NCBI GenBank assembly: GCA_013239625.1 | Contig: MU054212.1 | Span: 8,765,084-8,829,083 of the forward strand | Direction: 5' to 3' | Origin: Lama guanicoe | Lineage: Eukaryota | DNA: 64,000 nt | In this document: piece by piece, positions 23,723-37,410 of the stretch | Layout: each line of letters starts with the position of its first letter | Numbering within the stretch: position 1 is the stretch's first letter | Program-made: the position numbers and the translations under genes | The notes under the pieces: model-generated | Database searches by the model: none | Seen by the model: the letters and a program-made list of their open reading frames with translations, nothing else | Told to the model about the DNA's origin: nothing

Positions 23723-25389
23723 TGTACTTTCCTAAAGAAGACAAAAAAAAAAAATCCTTGTCTTCACTTACAAAACAATTTGAATTCGAAATCTCATGCC
23801 AAAAACTGATGTCTAATCAAATGATCAAGTTTTACAGAGCATCATCCAATGTGACCAGTATAGTGCTAGGTACTGTGAAAATACAGAGAACTGGAGACCT
23901 AGGCTCTATTCCTGCATTGTTAAAACATGTGAAACTACTGGAGAGCAGTTGAGCGCTAGGACTCTGTGATTAGCACTGTAAAAGCAACAGTAATTCCGGG
24001 GCTGGAGGGATCCATGTGGTCACAGCCATACTGGCAACTTCTTATTGTGTTTAGAACAATTCGAAACAAAACCTAACTACCTCCACCACCACCATCATTT
24101 CACAGAACAACCTTTAAACGTCAAAAAAAAAGTAGAAACAAGCAATCTCAGAATAAGTCGTAACAAAATTTTTTTCTTAAACTATATATAAATCAATTTA
24201 AGGCTTCTTTCTCCCAATTTCAATCCTCAAAGGTACCCAATTTTGTCAGTTTCTTATGCATCCCTGGTACATACTCAGGTTGATGTGTGCATCAACCACA
24301 CAAAAGGGATCTTTTTTCCCCCACTCAACAAGACATCTTTCCATGTCAGTACATATAAAGCGAACTCATTCTTTTGAACGACCGCACAGTAACAGTTCTT
24401 AAAGTTAAAATTTTTTACCGTATGGCTCTTATGTTGCTATAGACTTACGAAGTTTTTATCATAGTCTATCACACATTCAAATAAGTGTTTGGAACCAAAG
24501 TCCTATGCTCTGAAGAGGAGTTAAGAATCCAGCTGAGCCTTGAAAAGCAGAATTCAGTTAAGCAGAGGAAAGTATAGTCCAGTTGAGCAGATAGCCCAAT
24601 ATCTCAGGACCCAGCCAGCAGATAGATGTCCAGAACCAATGGTGGGTGGTGACCGTGACCAAACTCCCCTGCCTCCAGTGAAAGGGGCAGAGGTCAGGCT
24701 CTGGAGTGAGACAAGGGCGAGGGGCAACCTAGCTCCACCACTTTCTTCTGTTCTTCCTTGGATTAGGCAAAGCTGGTAAAATCTATTTTATAGGGTATTA
24801 GGAAAACCACATGAACGGATGTATGTGGAAGTGCTCCACACGCTATCAGCAATGTTGCACAACTGCTGATCATACTGTGGAAAATGGAAGTACATATTAC
24901 TACCACAGGGCTAGACTCCTAAAAGAACAATCCTCGTGGTCGGAAGTTTTAATAGGCATTAGAGAACCATTTAGAAATCATTCGCCGAAGAGGGACAAGG
25001 AGCAGGGTATGTGGGGACAACCACAGACGAAAGGCTCGGGGGAAGCTTCGTGCCTTTCTCCAGGAAGGATGCTTAAGGCGGTCCCGGACCTTCCAGCGGA
25101 TCTCCTTCCCTGCGAGACCGCGTGTGTTGGAGAAAAGAAAGCCGAAAGAGCCTGGAGAAAGGGGAGAGTGAATAAAACGGGAAGAGGACACAAAACTGCT
25201 TCTAAGGGCTTCTTATTTTTAAACATGACTACCTTCTTCGAAAATGAGATGAACAGGACAAACCGTTTCCTTAGAAAGTCCGTCGTTGGACCCCGAAGCC
25301 CATCTGTGCACCCCAAACTGGGAAGTCTGGCCTCCACGGGCAGCGGGACTCCCCTCTCCGCCCGCCACTCCCGGACCCGCGGGACTCAC

Positions 25390-25670
25390 CTCTCTGCGGC
25401 CTCGGCCCGGTCCCACGCGCCGGTTCAGTTCCCGCCGGCGATCCGAAGGGCTCAGAACCGGCCAGTGCTTCTCTCCCTAGAAACCTCTACAGGGCACGGA
25501 TAAGCGGCGGTCTCATCTGCTCGCCTGCCCCTCGGTCGGGGTACCGCCGCGCAGCCACCGGGAAGCCGCGCCTCACGCGCCCTTGCCTCCCGGCAGCAGG
25601 AGGACAATTACTAATTACCGCCGCGCTCAGCGCGCCGCCGGGAACCACCGCCTCCGCCGGCCATGACTGC
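25390..25670 (-). other. SLC39A6: SLC39A6 non-coding exon 1 (5' end approximate)
   Basis: Strong donor GAG|GTGAGT at 25390/25389 inside the CpG island; exon 2 begins with an acceptor, so an upstream exon is required. Confidence 0.75.
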
Positions 25671-26242
25671 GGGGCATGCGCAGTGCGGCGCGATCCCGTC
25701 CTGGATAGGCGGATCCGCGCGTCCGCCTGTTCGTCGGCGCCGCGGGGCTGGCAGGGGCGGGGCGGAGACGCGGTCCCGGCGGGCTGTAAGCGCCGAGACT
25801 AATTGGGTGCCCTCTCCTCGAGCCCTTCCACGGCCCTGCCTCTGTGAGGCCCAAGGCTCGCTATACAAGGCTCTCCGTCGGGCCGGCTCTGTTCCCTGCT
25901 GGGAGCCGGCCGTGAGGGGCAGCGAGACGTTCCTGCCGCTGCCCCGGCACACGAGCCCCGGGTTTTTGTGGAGGTTGTTGAGCTGTACCGGTCGGGTCTT
26001 CGAGCCCGGGACGGGACGTGCTTGTGCCCTGGGTCACGAGACAGGAGACGAACGCCGGTAGACGCAGCCGGGAACTCGGGACCATTCGGGCCGCGGAGCA
26101 GGGCGGGGCCGGCGGGGCGGGGCAGAGGCCGTCCCGCCCCCGGTCGCCTCGGAAACGCGGTGCGGATACGCCAGCGGGAGAGGCGGCCGGCGAGCAGTTC
26201 CGCTCCGAGGGCGGAAGTGCGCGCCCGGGTTTCGGCCGCTGA

Positions 26243-26467
<225 letters not shown>

Positions 26468-28485
26468 TAGACGCTGTTCCGGTGCGTGGAGACCCGCTGT
26501 GCGGTCGGGTCCGCTTCAGGGTCGGTGTCTACGGGAGGAGTCTCGCTCTGGCACACGGGACTGTCCTCTCGCGGCTTCGGGCCCTGCGTCAGCCTGGGGT
26601 CGCCTTGTCCTCCCAGTGGCCTGTTAGCTCCAGGTGGAAACTCATAGGATGACAACCGTTTCTGAAGCCTTCTGTGGGAATTGTAGAATCAGCTTGGGTT
26701 TGAAAAGATTTGCAGTTTAAGTATGGGTTAAAGCCATCACACAGATGCTATCTCATTTCTCTATTTCCCTCATTGCTATTTAATAAACTTGTCTTGAATT
26801 TCAAAGAAATATTACTTGTATTTTAACTCCGGAAAGGGACATTTTAAAGAAAGTGCCGTTGGGGCAAAGGTCATAGGGGATGAGGATTCTAAGCAGTAAG
26901 TATGAGGCAGGACTTACCCATTCCCCCAGCTGTACCCAGTCGATTATTTTCTTGGCCCTTTCCCTGCTAAACTTCTCAAGTGACTAGTTTCTGCATCCGT
27001 CCCAGAGTTCATTATGACCCCATTCCCACTGGCTAATTTTGGGTAATACAGTTAACGTTGCCTTTCAAAAGGAGTGTCAGTATAAAAAGTAAAGTGCTGG
27101 AAATTAAAATACAGTGCAGGAGATAGCTATATGTGTTTCTTGTTGTACTGCTTTATTAATTTGATTAAAAATTCCATCATCTTCATACCCTTTGCAGATT
27201 CAAACTTACAAATTAAATAGTGGTATTCCTTTCTCCTATCTTGAGCTTGCTTGCCTCCGAATTTTTGTTTCTTGTTATTGCCTTGCACTCTTAACAGGTA
27301 AGAGAGAGCACTTAAAATGAATGCTAAACTTTATAGTGGCCATTAACCAAGGAGTGACTCAGCTGTAGAAGCCTGTCTTTCTGCAGCCGTTTAGGTTTAG
27401 TGGATTTGTGCTCAAGCCTTCTATCACATTTTTATTTTTAATGATAACCTGGTGGCCAGCTTAGAGGATTTTAACTTCAAAAAAAGAAATGTATGGAGCC
27501 TAAAAAGTACGCACTTTGTTTTGTTAAATATTTGTCGTCTGGGCATTTAATTAAGTGTAGAAAAAAGAGCATGTCAAATGCTAAAATAAAATTTTGGAGA
27601 TGTCTGTTCAGCAAACTCGAGGATCCTTTATGGGCTAGCCTTGGACTGGGTGGTGATGACACAGATAATGGGTAATAACTCCTGCCCATCAAGGAATTCT
27701 CTTTCTAGTGAGGGAGACAATGAACTACTTTAAATTGTTTCCCAGCCTCAAATAACCCGTATGTGAAATATATTGATTTATGCACATTTACCTCTGTATG
27801 AGAATTCCAGTTCACATATAAGCAGATGTGAAGCTGTTTGTTATCAACAGAAAAAGGGGCTGTAAAGAGGAGGGCTCGGTAGGCATGGATGGAGTCTTCA
27901 GCAGTTGGGGATATAAGGAAAGCCCAAATGTGGAGTGATGTTGGTGAAAGCTATAATCTGAGGGACTTCTAGGAACCTGGCCGGAGACCCTGAAAGGGAT
28001 CTAATGTCTGAGGATCTTAGTAGTTGTGTCCTGGTGAGTTTGTGCCCTTAAAGCTGAAGAACTCAACACCAGATCAGCCATGGCACGCTAAGTGAGCCAT
28101 GAATTTGTATCTGTTTCCTTTATTGAAGGTTTTTTGTTTTTGTTTTTGTTTTTGTTTTTTTTGTCTTAAAAACGCTCAAAATTGGTGCAAGCATGGTAGA
28201 AATAGGCCCTGAGACCTGTGGGAGCACATGTCCTTGTCTAGTTTGGGGTTTTAAGAAGGCTTCCCAGACGAGAAGAGGATAGTGGTAAGTGAATGTGGAG
28301 TGAGGGGAAAAGGGCAGGAATGAATTAAAGTGAATGGATGATTTGAGCCATGGTTAAAAGTTTATGAATTAAGGAAGGTAATTCTGTTTGAAGTAATCCT
28401 AAACTTCTTATCAGCGTCAAGATCACTGAAATCTGATTTTTGTTAATTTATTAATTCCTCTGTAGGATCAATTTGAGTTTACTAA

Positions 28486-28593
<108 letters not shown>

Positions 28594-28977
28594 TAATTGG
28601 ACTTCTCTTAATTGAGGGTTAGCTTATCTGATAATATGCAACTGGAAAACCGAAAAATGGTATGACCAATGATATATCTGACCCATACTTTTACTTTATA
28701 GCAGTTGAAGCATGGAAACACAGCAGTGCTTAGGGTGAGAGTAGAGGCAGGCCCTGACTGAGGCCACTGTTGCCCACAGTTTTTGATCAAAAGCATGTAA
28801 GCAGGGCCTGTGTTGGAGTTCAGGCTAGGATTCAGAAGATTTGGCTTGTAGGTCTGTTTTTGCCACAGACAAGCTATAGCTTTTTTTGTTTGTTTGTTTT
28901 TTTAAGGCGGGACATTACATCTCTTTTGACCCCAGTTTGCATCTTAGTAACATTGGAAAAGTAAAGGCTTGGGCTGA

Positions 28978-29465
28978 ATCAGGGGACCCTAAGATTCATG
29001 ACACCTGTGAGGTCAAAATTATTTTCAGAATAATACTAAGAAGGTATTCCTAGGTTTTATAATCATTCTGTCACAAGTGTATAGTGCCATTTTCTGGTGG
29101 CTACATGATTTGTGATATTGCAACAGATTTAACACAGAAGCAGATAGGAAAATCCGGCTAAATTCTAGTATGTCTGTTAAAGAGATTTGCAGAAATATGA
29201 AGCAGTGCCTTTCTTACTAATTTTTTGTTTTGGAAAATACAGGGTTCTCCCCTCCCCCCATAAAAGTGTTATTTATGTTAACATGTAATGGGGTTTATTG
29301 TTTTTAAGTAAACTAATAAGTATTTTTCAAATTTCTCAGTTTTAATTTCTAATGTGGTTAATCTTGGTACATATAGCCTATGTAAACAAAAGGTCTCTGG
29401 GGTTTCAAAAAAAAATTTAAGAGTGTAAAAGAGTTCTGATATTAAAAAATTGGAGAATTGCTAGA
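28978..29465. mobile_element. Charlie1-like hAT DNA transposon remnant
   Basis: gaggtcaaaattattttcagaataatactaag...gcagaaatatgaagcagtgcctttcttactaa; family assigned from memory. Confidence 0.6.
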
Positions 29466-30499
29466 CTAGATTGTCTCCAGGTCTCTTCTGTTTCTAAGAT
29501 TCTGTGGCTCCAGAATTTTTAATTAACATCTTTTTTAGGTGGGCTTCTAAAATCCAATGGAATTTTCCCAAATGTCTTAAATATACCTACTATAGTATTC
29601 TTATGGACTCTGCATTAATTTTATTTTTTTATTCCATAAATATGTATGGAGAGCATTCTGAGCCAGGCACAAATGCAGAATTTCCTGAATTCTGTGAAAT
29701 TCGTATCATTTACTATGATTTTATCTGTGACATTAAAGAAAAGTTTTAATCTACTTATTTCAGCTGGTAGTGCAAGAATGACATTAGGTCAGTAAAGACC
29801 ATTAAATAGTATAAAGAGTAGCTGTTAGTGCAGGTATTAAAACAATTGCAATTATATTAATTGCCATGAAATGTCATCAAAGACTACATGGATCTCAATA
29901 TAGGGATTGGTTATAAAATATTAATTTGGGCTTGTATATTTTATCTTCCCATTAAAAGTAAGGTTACATAAAATGAATTGCTTGTGTATCACTGTAATCT
30001 CTAACCATTATGATTGATTTCCTCAGAACTGGACTCTCCTGTCAGGTAATTCAGGTATTCTTTCTAGGGCATGTATCACTGATATAAAATTTAAATAATA
30101 CCATTTCATATTTTTAAAATGTCTGATTCTTAACATGTTACCTTCATGCACCTTAAGAGTAATTGTCAAAATCATGCAGTTAGGTAAGTGACTTAATTTC
30201 TATGACATATGAAGAAATTAAAACCCAAGATCACAGCTGGCTGGCAGCAGGATTAGGACATAAATCTGCGACTTCTGAGTACAAATCTAATGTTCTTTAG
30301 GCAATCCCCCAGCTGCTTTGCCTTCGTTAGGCCAGAAGAAACAAATAAATGGAAAATCCAAACCTAAGTTATTGGTTATATGATTTTCCCTGTTTTGGTT
30401 CTTAATCCTTTTCTTCTGTCATCAACAGGAAGTTGTAAATGTTTGAAAGAGCTATTCTGAAATATATATCAGATCTCAAAAATACGTGCTATACTTGGT

Positions 30500-31085
30500 A
30501 GGAGCAGCTGACTGTAATGTCTCCTATATGTTATTTCTGCCGAAAGTGTTTAGCCTGAATCTTACGAGGAAACAACCAGACCTACCCAGATTGAGGAACA
30601 TTCTGCAAAACAACTGGCCTGGACTCTCATTGTCACAAAAAAAAAAGAAGGGACTGGGAAACTATTCAAGATTAAAGGAGATGGAAAAGATGTGACAACC
30701 AAATGTGCAATGTGTGGTCCTTAGATTCTGAGCTTAAAAAAGTTTTAAAACACATTACTGGGACAATCTGGGGAAATTTTAATATGGCTTATGTATTATA
30801 TAACAACACTGCATCAATGTTTAAATTCTTGAATCCATCCAATAATTGTATTATGGTAATACAGGAGAATGTTCCAACTCTTGGGGAAAGTATGGTAAAA
30901 TATTTGTGTATCGGAAATCATGTCTCCAACTTATTTTTAAATGGTTTGTCAAAAATAAAAAGGGGTGTGTATACATAGAGCAAGATATTAAGCTGATATG
31001 ATGAAATCTTAACAGTTGGTGAATCTACGTAACGGTATATGAGTTTTCTTTTATCTTTTCTATAGCTTTGGAATTTTTCAAAATA
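30500..31085 (+). mobile_element. Old L1 (L1MC/ME-like) 3' fragment
   Basis: aaagtgtttagcctgaatct...ccagattgaggaacattctgcaaaacaactggcctggactc. Confidence 0.6.
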
Positions 31086-31130
31086 GCTGGGAAGAAAATA
31101 AAAATGTTTACTGAGATAATTTTTTTTCAG

Positions 31131-31201
31131 CTCCTTCTACTGAGTTAGTTTCTGGAGGATCTGATAATCAAGTGATTCACTGGGAAATAGAGAATAATCA
31201 G
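31131..31201 (+). CDS. ELP2: ELP2 exon 3
   Basis: [23 protein letters not shown]; 71 nt. Confidence 0.95.
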
Positions 31202-32011
31202 GTGGGTAGACAATGTTTATGATCATAAGAAATGACTTATATTTACTTTTATTTCCCTTTTTTTTTTTTTGCCCTAATTTCTACCATATTCTTCCTTTAT
31301 GAAGTTTCCTCATTCTTGTTTATCAGTAGTTCAGATCCTGCATCTTCATACTTCGCAGGCCCTGTACCCTTCCCTCTGGTACCTGCTTCCCATATTCATA
31401 TGCTGTCAGTCATTTCTGTGAATTTCCCATCATTTAGAATAATTTTCAAACTGCTTTTAGTGTGGGCTGTTTGTTTTCATTGATAGCAAAAACTAATACT
31501 GTTGTGTGCATAGGACAGCAGTTGCCATGTGGATATAGATTTACATAATTCTAAGTGATGTTATAATATGCAGTACAGGGGTGTGTATGGATCTCTATGG
31601 ATGGACAACCTAATGGTTGTTTCTAGTTGAAAGCAAAGATTAATGATGTAAAATTAGTGCATTGGGTATTTGAGCATCTGCCATGCGAAAGATGTGGATG
31701 AAGCTGAATCCTGTTCGTGAATCATGTACATAGATTTGAAGACAAAATGCACTAGAATTACTAAAGTACAAAGGTGGCTCCATGGGTGGGTGTTTCCACT
31801 GGCTGTACCACATGCACACGGCTGTGCAAGTTCGGTGGACATTTAAGAGGCAGCCTTTAAGGTGGGTCTTATAGCGTGAGATGATTTTCCTTAGGAGGAA
31901 TTAAAAGAGTGAAGATTCCGGGTAGGAAAAATGCATGAATCAAAGCTCAGGTAGGAAAGGAAACCACTTGCTTAGGAGTATCCAGTTTTAATCAAAGCCT
32001 AAGATGTCTTT

Positions 32012-32302
32012 AGTGCAGGGCTTTCCAGAGCTTGTTCAGAGAATTATTCATCTCTCAGTTCTGTGAAAAAGGGGTCTGTGGCCAATCAAATTTGGGAAGC
32101 ATTGCATATCATATACGTCTCTTAGAGACCACAGTGCATGTGAGCATAGTGAAGGCTTTGAAAAGCCCCACTATGGACAAACCTGCTTATCTTTGCTGAA
32201 CTAGTATTTTCCAAACTTACTTCAAGTCTGATTTTTTTTTTCCCCTTTAAATCTCTCGGCATCCTTTGCAACTTTGAGGAACACAGTTTTGGAAGTGTTT
32301 CT
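32012..32302. mobile_element. Charlie4-like hAT remnant
   Basis: cagggctttccag...aaatttgggaagcattgc...gaacacagttttggaagtg; family assigned from memory. Confidence 0.45.
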
Positions 32303-32601
32303 AGGTAATGCGTTATAAGCAGTAATGCTAGAGAAGTTTTACTCTTCTTACATAGAATAGTATAGAGTAGGAGAAAATCATGTGACAATTTGAATACTAG
32401 CTTCAAGGTTTGTTCTTTATTAGCAGACATTCAGAAGTCACTGAGGATTTCTAAGCAGTGGGCTGTGAATATCAAAAGAAGATTAATCTGACAGGAGTGT
32501 GCCAAATTAGGATAGGAAAAAATAAGAAGGAAGGGCTATGGGATGTATTTTTGAAGGAAAAATGATGTTGGCATTGACTAGATTGTTTTCAAAGGAGTGG
32601 G

Positions 32602-32645
32602 GAGCTGGTGGGTAGAGGAGTGAGAGCTGGTGGGTAGAGGAGTGA
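32602..32645. repeat. Perfect 22-bp tandem duplication
   Basis: (gagctggtgggtagaggagtga) x2. Confidence 0.9.
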
Positions 32646-34626
32646 GAAATCAGAAACAGTGGGGTTCTGTCTCAGGGCCCTGGGAGGAGGATGCTGCTCC
32701 AATGCAAAATAGGCAAGTAGCAGGGAGAATGTGGAATTCAGTTGTAGACATGTCATTCGAGTTACTGGCAGACACCAAAGCTTGTCCCAAAGAGAGGGGG
32801 CAGGCACATAGGTGGGGATTTTTGAGTCACCTAGACTTAATGAGAGCTCCAAAAGGGAATGGAGCAAACCAGCTCCTGTTTGGACTTACTTTGGCAGAGG
32901 AATCCAGAGAGTGATTTGTGATCTCGTTGAGACTTTCAAGACTCTTTTCCTCCCTGCTGCCCCAAGCTTCTGTCAGTAGAGAGGGTTGCAGGCTGAGTAT
33001 CTGATGGCAGACGGCAAACTTAGTGCCGGACCAGAAAGGAGAATGTGAGGCCAAATGGGGAGGAGGAGAAGAGGAGGATGAAAGACATCAGAGGATTTGG
33101 GGGAAAGGGCCACACACTGTAACCTTAGAGGCTTAGTTTCCTTCTGTGTACACTGGTGCTCACTGCATCTTGACTTCTGATAAAAGAAAATAATTCTAAG
33201 CCGGTATAATGAGAGATTTGAGTCTTTGAATGGTGGACGTTGTTTTCTAAAAAGCCTGTGACCTGGAGAGATTTGTTTCGTTTCAGCTTTTGAGATTCTC
33301 TGATGGTTGAAATATAACCTTGCTTAAAGATGTGAAGTGAGTTTTTTTCATAGATTTAAGTTTTTAGGGGTAATGATACAGACTCATTAAAGTTTGAATA
33401 CAGAAAGAAGGAAAAAGATACAAAATGTCAAGCTAACATTCTAATGAACGTTATTCCAAATCTCTAGTTATGTGTTTATAATTTTAGATGAAAATGATTT
33501 TATTATACTTGAATTCTAAAAAGTATTTTTTTCAGAGAAGCCAAAGTTTAATGATAACAGGAAGTTAGTCTCTTATACGTAGCTGTTAATTACCTCATTG
33601 GGTGGCAGAGTTCTGCTTTAAGTAATTGGGAAAACAACTGTGGAGACATTTAAGCGACACCTCTATTTCAGCAGGCAGCAATTTACAGAAGATACCTCTC
33701 AAAGGAAGTGGTAAACTCTCACACATTTGGATCTCAAAAAATAGACCCCAAATAGCAAAAATGATGTCACAGGGAATAATCTTGCATGGCAAGCAGGAAG
33801 ACTTGATAAACAGATGGGATTTCCCAGTTTCTGCCATCTTTCCATTTTTGTAGCTCTTTGATTCAGGCAAGTGTGAGTGGATGCTAAAGATACTTGGTTA
33901 AAGTTTAATGGAGAATAGGATATTTACTCAGTCCCAAAGTATAATCTCACATATTACCACCACCAAAAAAAAAAAAATTAACTTCATAGTGAAAAAAACC
34001 ATGGCAGACACTACCTTTACTAAGATATCAAGGCTAATTTCACTAAAAGTAGAACAGACTGACATTGTGTTGCTCCTGATGTGATGCATGTATGTAGTGA
34101 TGATGTCAAAATGTATACCCTGAATCTGTTCATGAAGAGACAGACTAACCTGAGAGGAGCAGCAATCCACAAAGCTGGCCTGTATCCTTCAAGAATGTCA
34201 ATGTTGTGGATGTCTTTCTGTGATAATAAACGTGCATTTATCTACATTATCCTTTTTCTTGGCTTAGAATATATGTCTACAGTTATTTAATCAGTTTCCT
34301 ATTCATACTTTTTAGATTGATGGCAGCTTTTCTAAAGAGTGTGTGGTGAATATCCTTCTGCATTTGTCTGTTATTATGCGCTACACTAGTGCTGCTCTCT
34401 GAGTAGATTCTCAGATGTGAGATTGCTGTGTCACAGGGTGTGCACATTGTGTGTGTTAATAATATCAGGCCAGCTTCTCACAAGTTTACGTTCTTCTCAG
34501 CTGAGAGAACTTATTTCCGAGTCAGGCATTGTAACAGTACCTTTAATCCTCTGATGCTGGTTAAATGAAGGTAAAAGTGATCATTCCTTTTCTATCATCA
34601 TGTTTTTGTCATTTTGTGTGATTCAG

Positions 34627-34771
34627 CTTTTAAAAGCAGTCCATCTCCAAGGCCACGAAGGACCCGTTTATGCAGTGCATGCTGCTTACCAGAGGAGGGC
34701 GTTGCACACTCTGCTAGTGTCCGCAGCTGCCGACTCCACTGTTCGAGTCTGGTGTAAACAGGGTTCTGAAG
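34627..34771 (+). CDS. ELP2: ELP2 exon 4
   Basis: [48 protein letters not shown]; 145 nt. Confidence 0.95.
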
Positions 34772-35170
34772 GTAGGTTTAGAGGCATTATAATCCCAACG
34801 AATGAAATAGTAAATACCAAATGAATGACAGCTTAGAAGAGCATACATGTGGTTTTTTCAGTCTTTCAAGCAGTTTTTAAAATGTTAGAATTCTAGTCTA
34901 CATGTTTGTTTCTTTTGCGCTTTACCATAATTCTTCTTTACCAAACTGTTCGATGATAGAAATTCCTTAAGAGCTTTTTCATTGTAAGTCTTTGTTCTCT
35001 GTACTCTTGTTAAAAATTGGCCATTTAGATTCATGTGGTCGCCGGGGGCTCAGGACTGACCTCTCTCATCTCAGTGCTGACATCCAGGGCCCTGATGATG
35101 CTTGGGTGAGGCAGCTCTACGTGAATCAGCTCAGAGTTAGTTGTTCACGGTGTGTTTTATTGTTTCTTAG

Positions 35171-35248
35171 TAACATGCCTTCAGACCTTGAACTTTGGAA
35201 ATGGATTCACCCTGGCTCTCTGCTTTTCTTTTTTGCCTAATACTGATG
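35171..35248 (+). CDS. ELP2: ELP2 exon 5
   Basis: [26 protein letters not shown]; 78 nt. Confidence 0.95.
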
Positions 35249-35793
35249 GTGAGTATCCTACTAATTGTATATTCAAAGAGCAATATATTTTCATAGCTCC
35301 ATACAGTCAGAACCTAAGAACATAATGGATCCCAATTTTGTATCTAAATGTTTTGAGGAAATAAGTTGAGATATGCATAACATACTGATTTCTCAGTGTT
35401 CAAATGATCTGCGGATAAAACGTAAGGTTGGGGGCGGCTATTAGGAACTTTAGTAGCTGTTAAAATTTAAGTGACTTAATGTGTTCTCAAGAGTGATACT
35501 GCTGTTTATCAAATATGTTGTCAATGTATATAGATCTGATTTGGGAAAATTATGTAGCTCTGTGAAAGTTGAAGTTCTGGGATAAGTTGAAAAAGTACTG
35601 AAGATGGACCATGTGAGCATTTATCTCCAGGCAGCAGCCCCTTGCCCATCCTGCATAATGACAGTTTGCCTAAGACCACTTCAAATCTCCCAGAAAGAAA
35701 CAGTTTGCCTTTTGCTATGAAACCTGTCTGTACCCATCTTTGATTATCCTCCAAAGCTGCTGGCCAGTGCCAGTCACTCTTATGCCTCTTCAG

Positions 35794-35992
35794 TTACCTG
35801 GAGGACAGACCTGGTGGGGAGAGGCTGGATCCGGAAGCCTCCAGGCTCTTTTGCCACCTGCAGAAGGAGCTGTGACTCCATGGTCTCACGTGATGCCTCC
35901 ACATTGTGCAAATGCTCCTCAGGATGAGAAACTGCACACATTCCAGTTATATTACATAAAATTTAAATTTTTTGCATCTACATTGAGGCCAA
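35794..35992 (+). other. ELP2: Putative ELP2 cassette exon with an in-frame stop
   Basis: Pyrimidine tract plus CAG at 35791-35793, donor GTGACT at 35993; 199 nt; TGA at 35925-35927 in frame with exon 5. Confidence 0.55.
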
Positions 35993-36586
35993 GTGACTGG
36001 AGTTTTTTGGCTTTTTTTCCTTAGTTGGTTAAAAGAAAGCTAATTTTATAGTCATACCTTTCATAGCTTTTTAACCACATAGTTAATTATATGCTTTTTT
36101 ATTTTGTTGTTTAATTATTTCATAGATTTTGTTTTACTATCAGATTCTCAAAATGTAAAGTCCTCAGAGTAACAAACATACCTTTAAATCTTTGTGCAGT
36201 AGCCATGATAGTAAACTCTCCTGGAAATTTTGTTACTCACTTGGGCTAACAACGTTTCCTCTTCATCTTCTGGCTGCTGTGGTTAAATACTCCCAGCTCA
36301 CTCCTGAGCCTCTTTTTACTGCTCCTTCTACCGTAAATGACACAGAATAGAGGAACGGATTCTCAGTTAATTAATAGTCGTACTTTGCCAAGTAACTATT
36401 TAATGGAACACTTTAGAATATTCATTTTATTCCTAAAGACATTTATCGAGCACTTTGAATTTAGTTGTTCAGTAGTGTGGGGAGTAGAAGTCAGGACTGT
36501 TTACCTGGAGCTTAGACTCCAGCGTAGGTGACAGTCATAGCATGTGATGGAATGCCTACAGTGAAGCCTCTTTTCTCCTCCCCCAG

Positions 36587-36651
36587 TGCCAGTATTAGCC
36601 TGTGGCGATGATGACTGCAAAATTCACTTACTTGTTCAACAAAACGATCAG
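36587..36651 (+). CDS. ELP2: ELP2 exon 6
   Basis: [22 protein letters not shown]; 65 nt. Confidence 0.95.
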
Positions 36652-37410
36652 GTAATTAATGATGTTTATTAAGAGGCTAGAATTACGTTCTGCCTAATTA
36701 CATATCTTAATACAGACTATTTCCAGATTATAGAATTTTAGGAATGTTCTAGTCTAAAATAATCCAACAAGAGGATCTTTTTTGACAGCCCTCTCCTAGA
36801 TGGTTTTTGAATCTTTGAACACCAGATAGCTGCTGCTTTGGCCACTAGGTCCGGAGTTGTTGGGGGAAACAGGTCATTAGGCGGGGAAGGCAAGAAGAGA
36901 GATGCTATAGTAGTATTTTTTCTTAAAAGTTTTAGATGAACAATTGCATACCTACGGTGAAATACTCTCTAGAGGTGGTTACTTGTCCTTCTGAGCATTA
37001 CCTGTTCTTTGGGTGGTTAAACTAGAGGGATGTTTCAGAAAGAGGGTTGGTTAACTTTAGGCTTATTTAATTAATGCTAGAGATACTTATTTCTTTGCAT
37101 TTTATCAGACAGTTAAAAGTGATTGTGAATGTTCAACCACCCAACTTTTTTCTGTATTGTACCCACAGCATGTTGTGAACATTTAAGAGTATTTGAGGTC
37201 TACAGATGTTATGTACTCAAGATTGCTCAGTTAAGTGATTTGGATGATTATGAAATTTTTCATTCCCAAATGAGAGCTCTAATGAGATGTGTTTTGAGTT
37301 AAAAAAGAAAAAAGATGCAGTGGAACTGGCTGAGACCAAATGAAGTCACTGATATACGTGAAAATGTTAAATTCTTATACCAACTCCTGTGATTTTTGTT
37401 GTCTGACTAG

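Noticed and set aside
24811..25503. 230-aa + strand ORF antisense to SLC39A6 exon 1/intron 1
   Set aside because: No recognisable domain; runs into the GC-rich island where stops are rare; no other support
32602..32645. CRISPR-like array (also 62265-62304)
   Set aside because: Only two adjacent copies with no spacers, in a mammalian genome; simple tandem duplications
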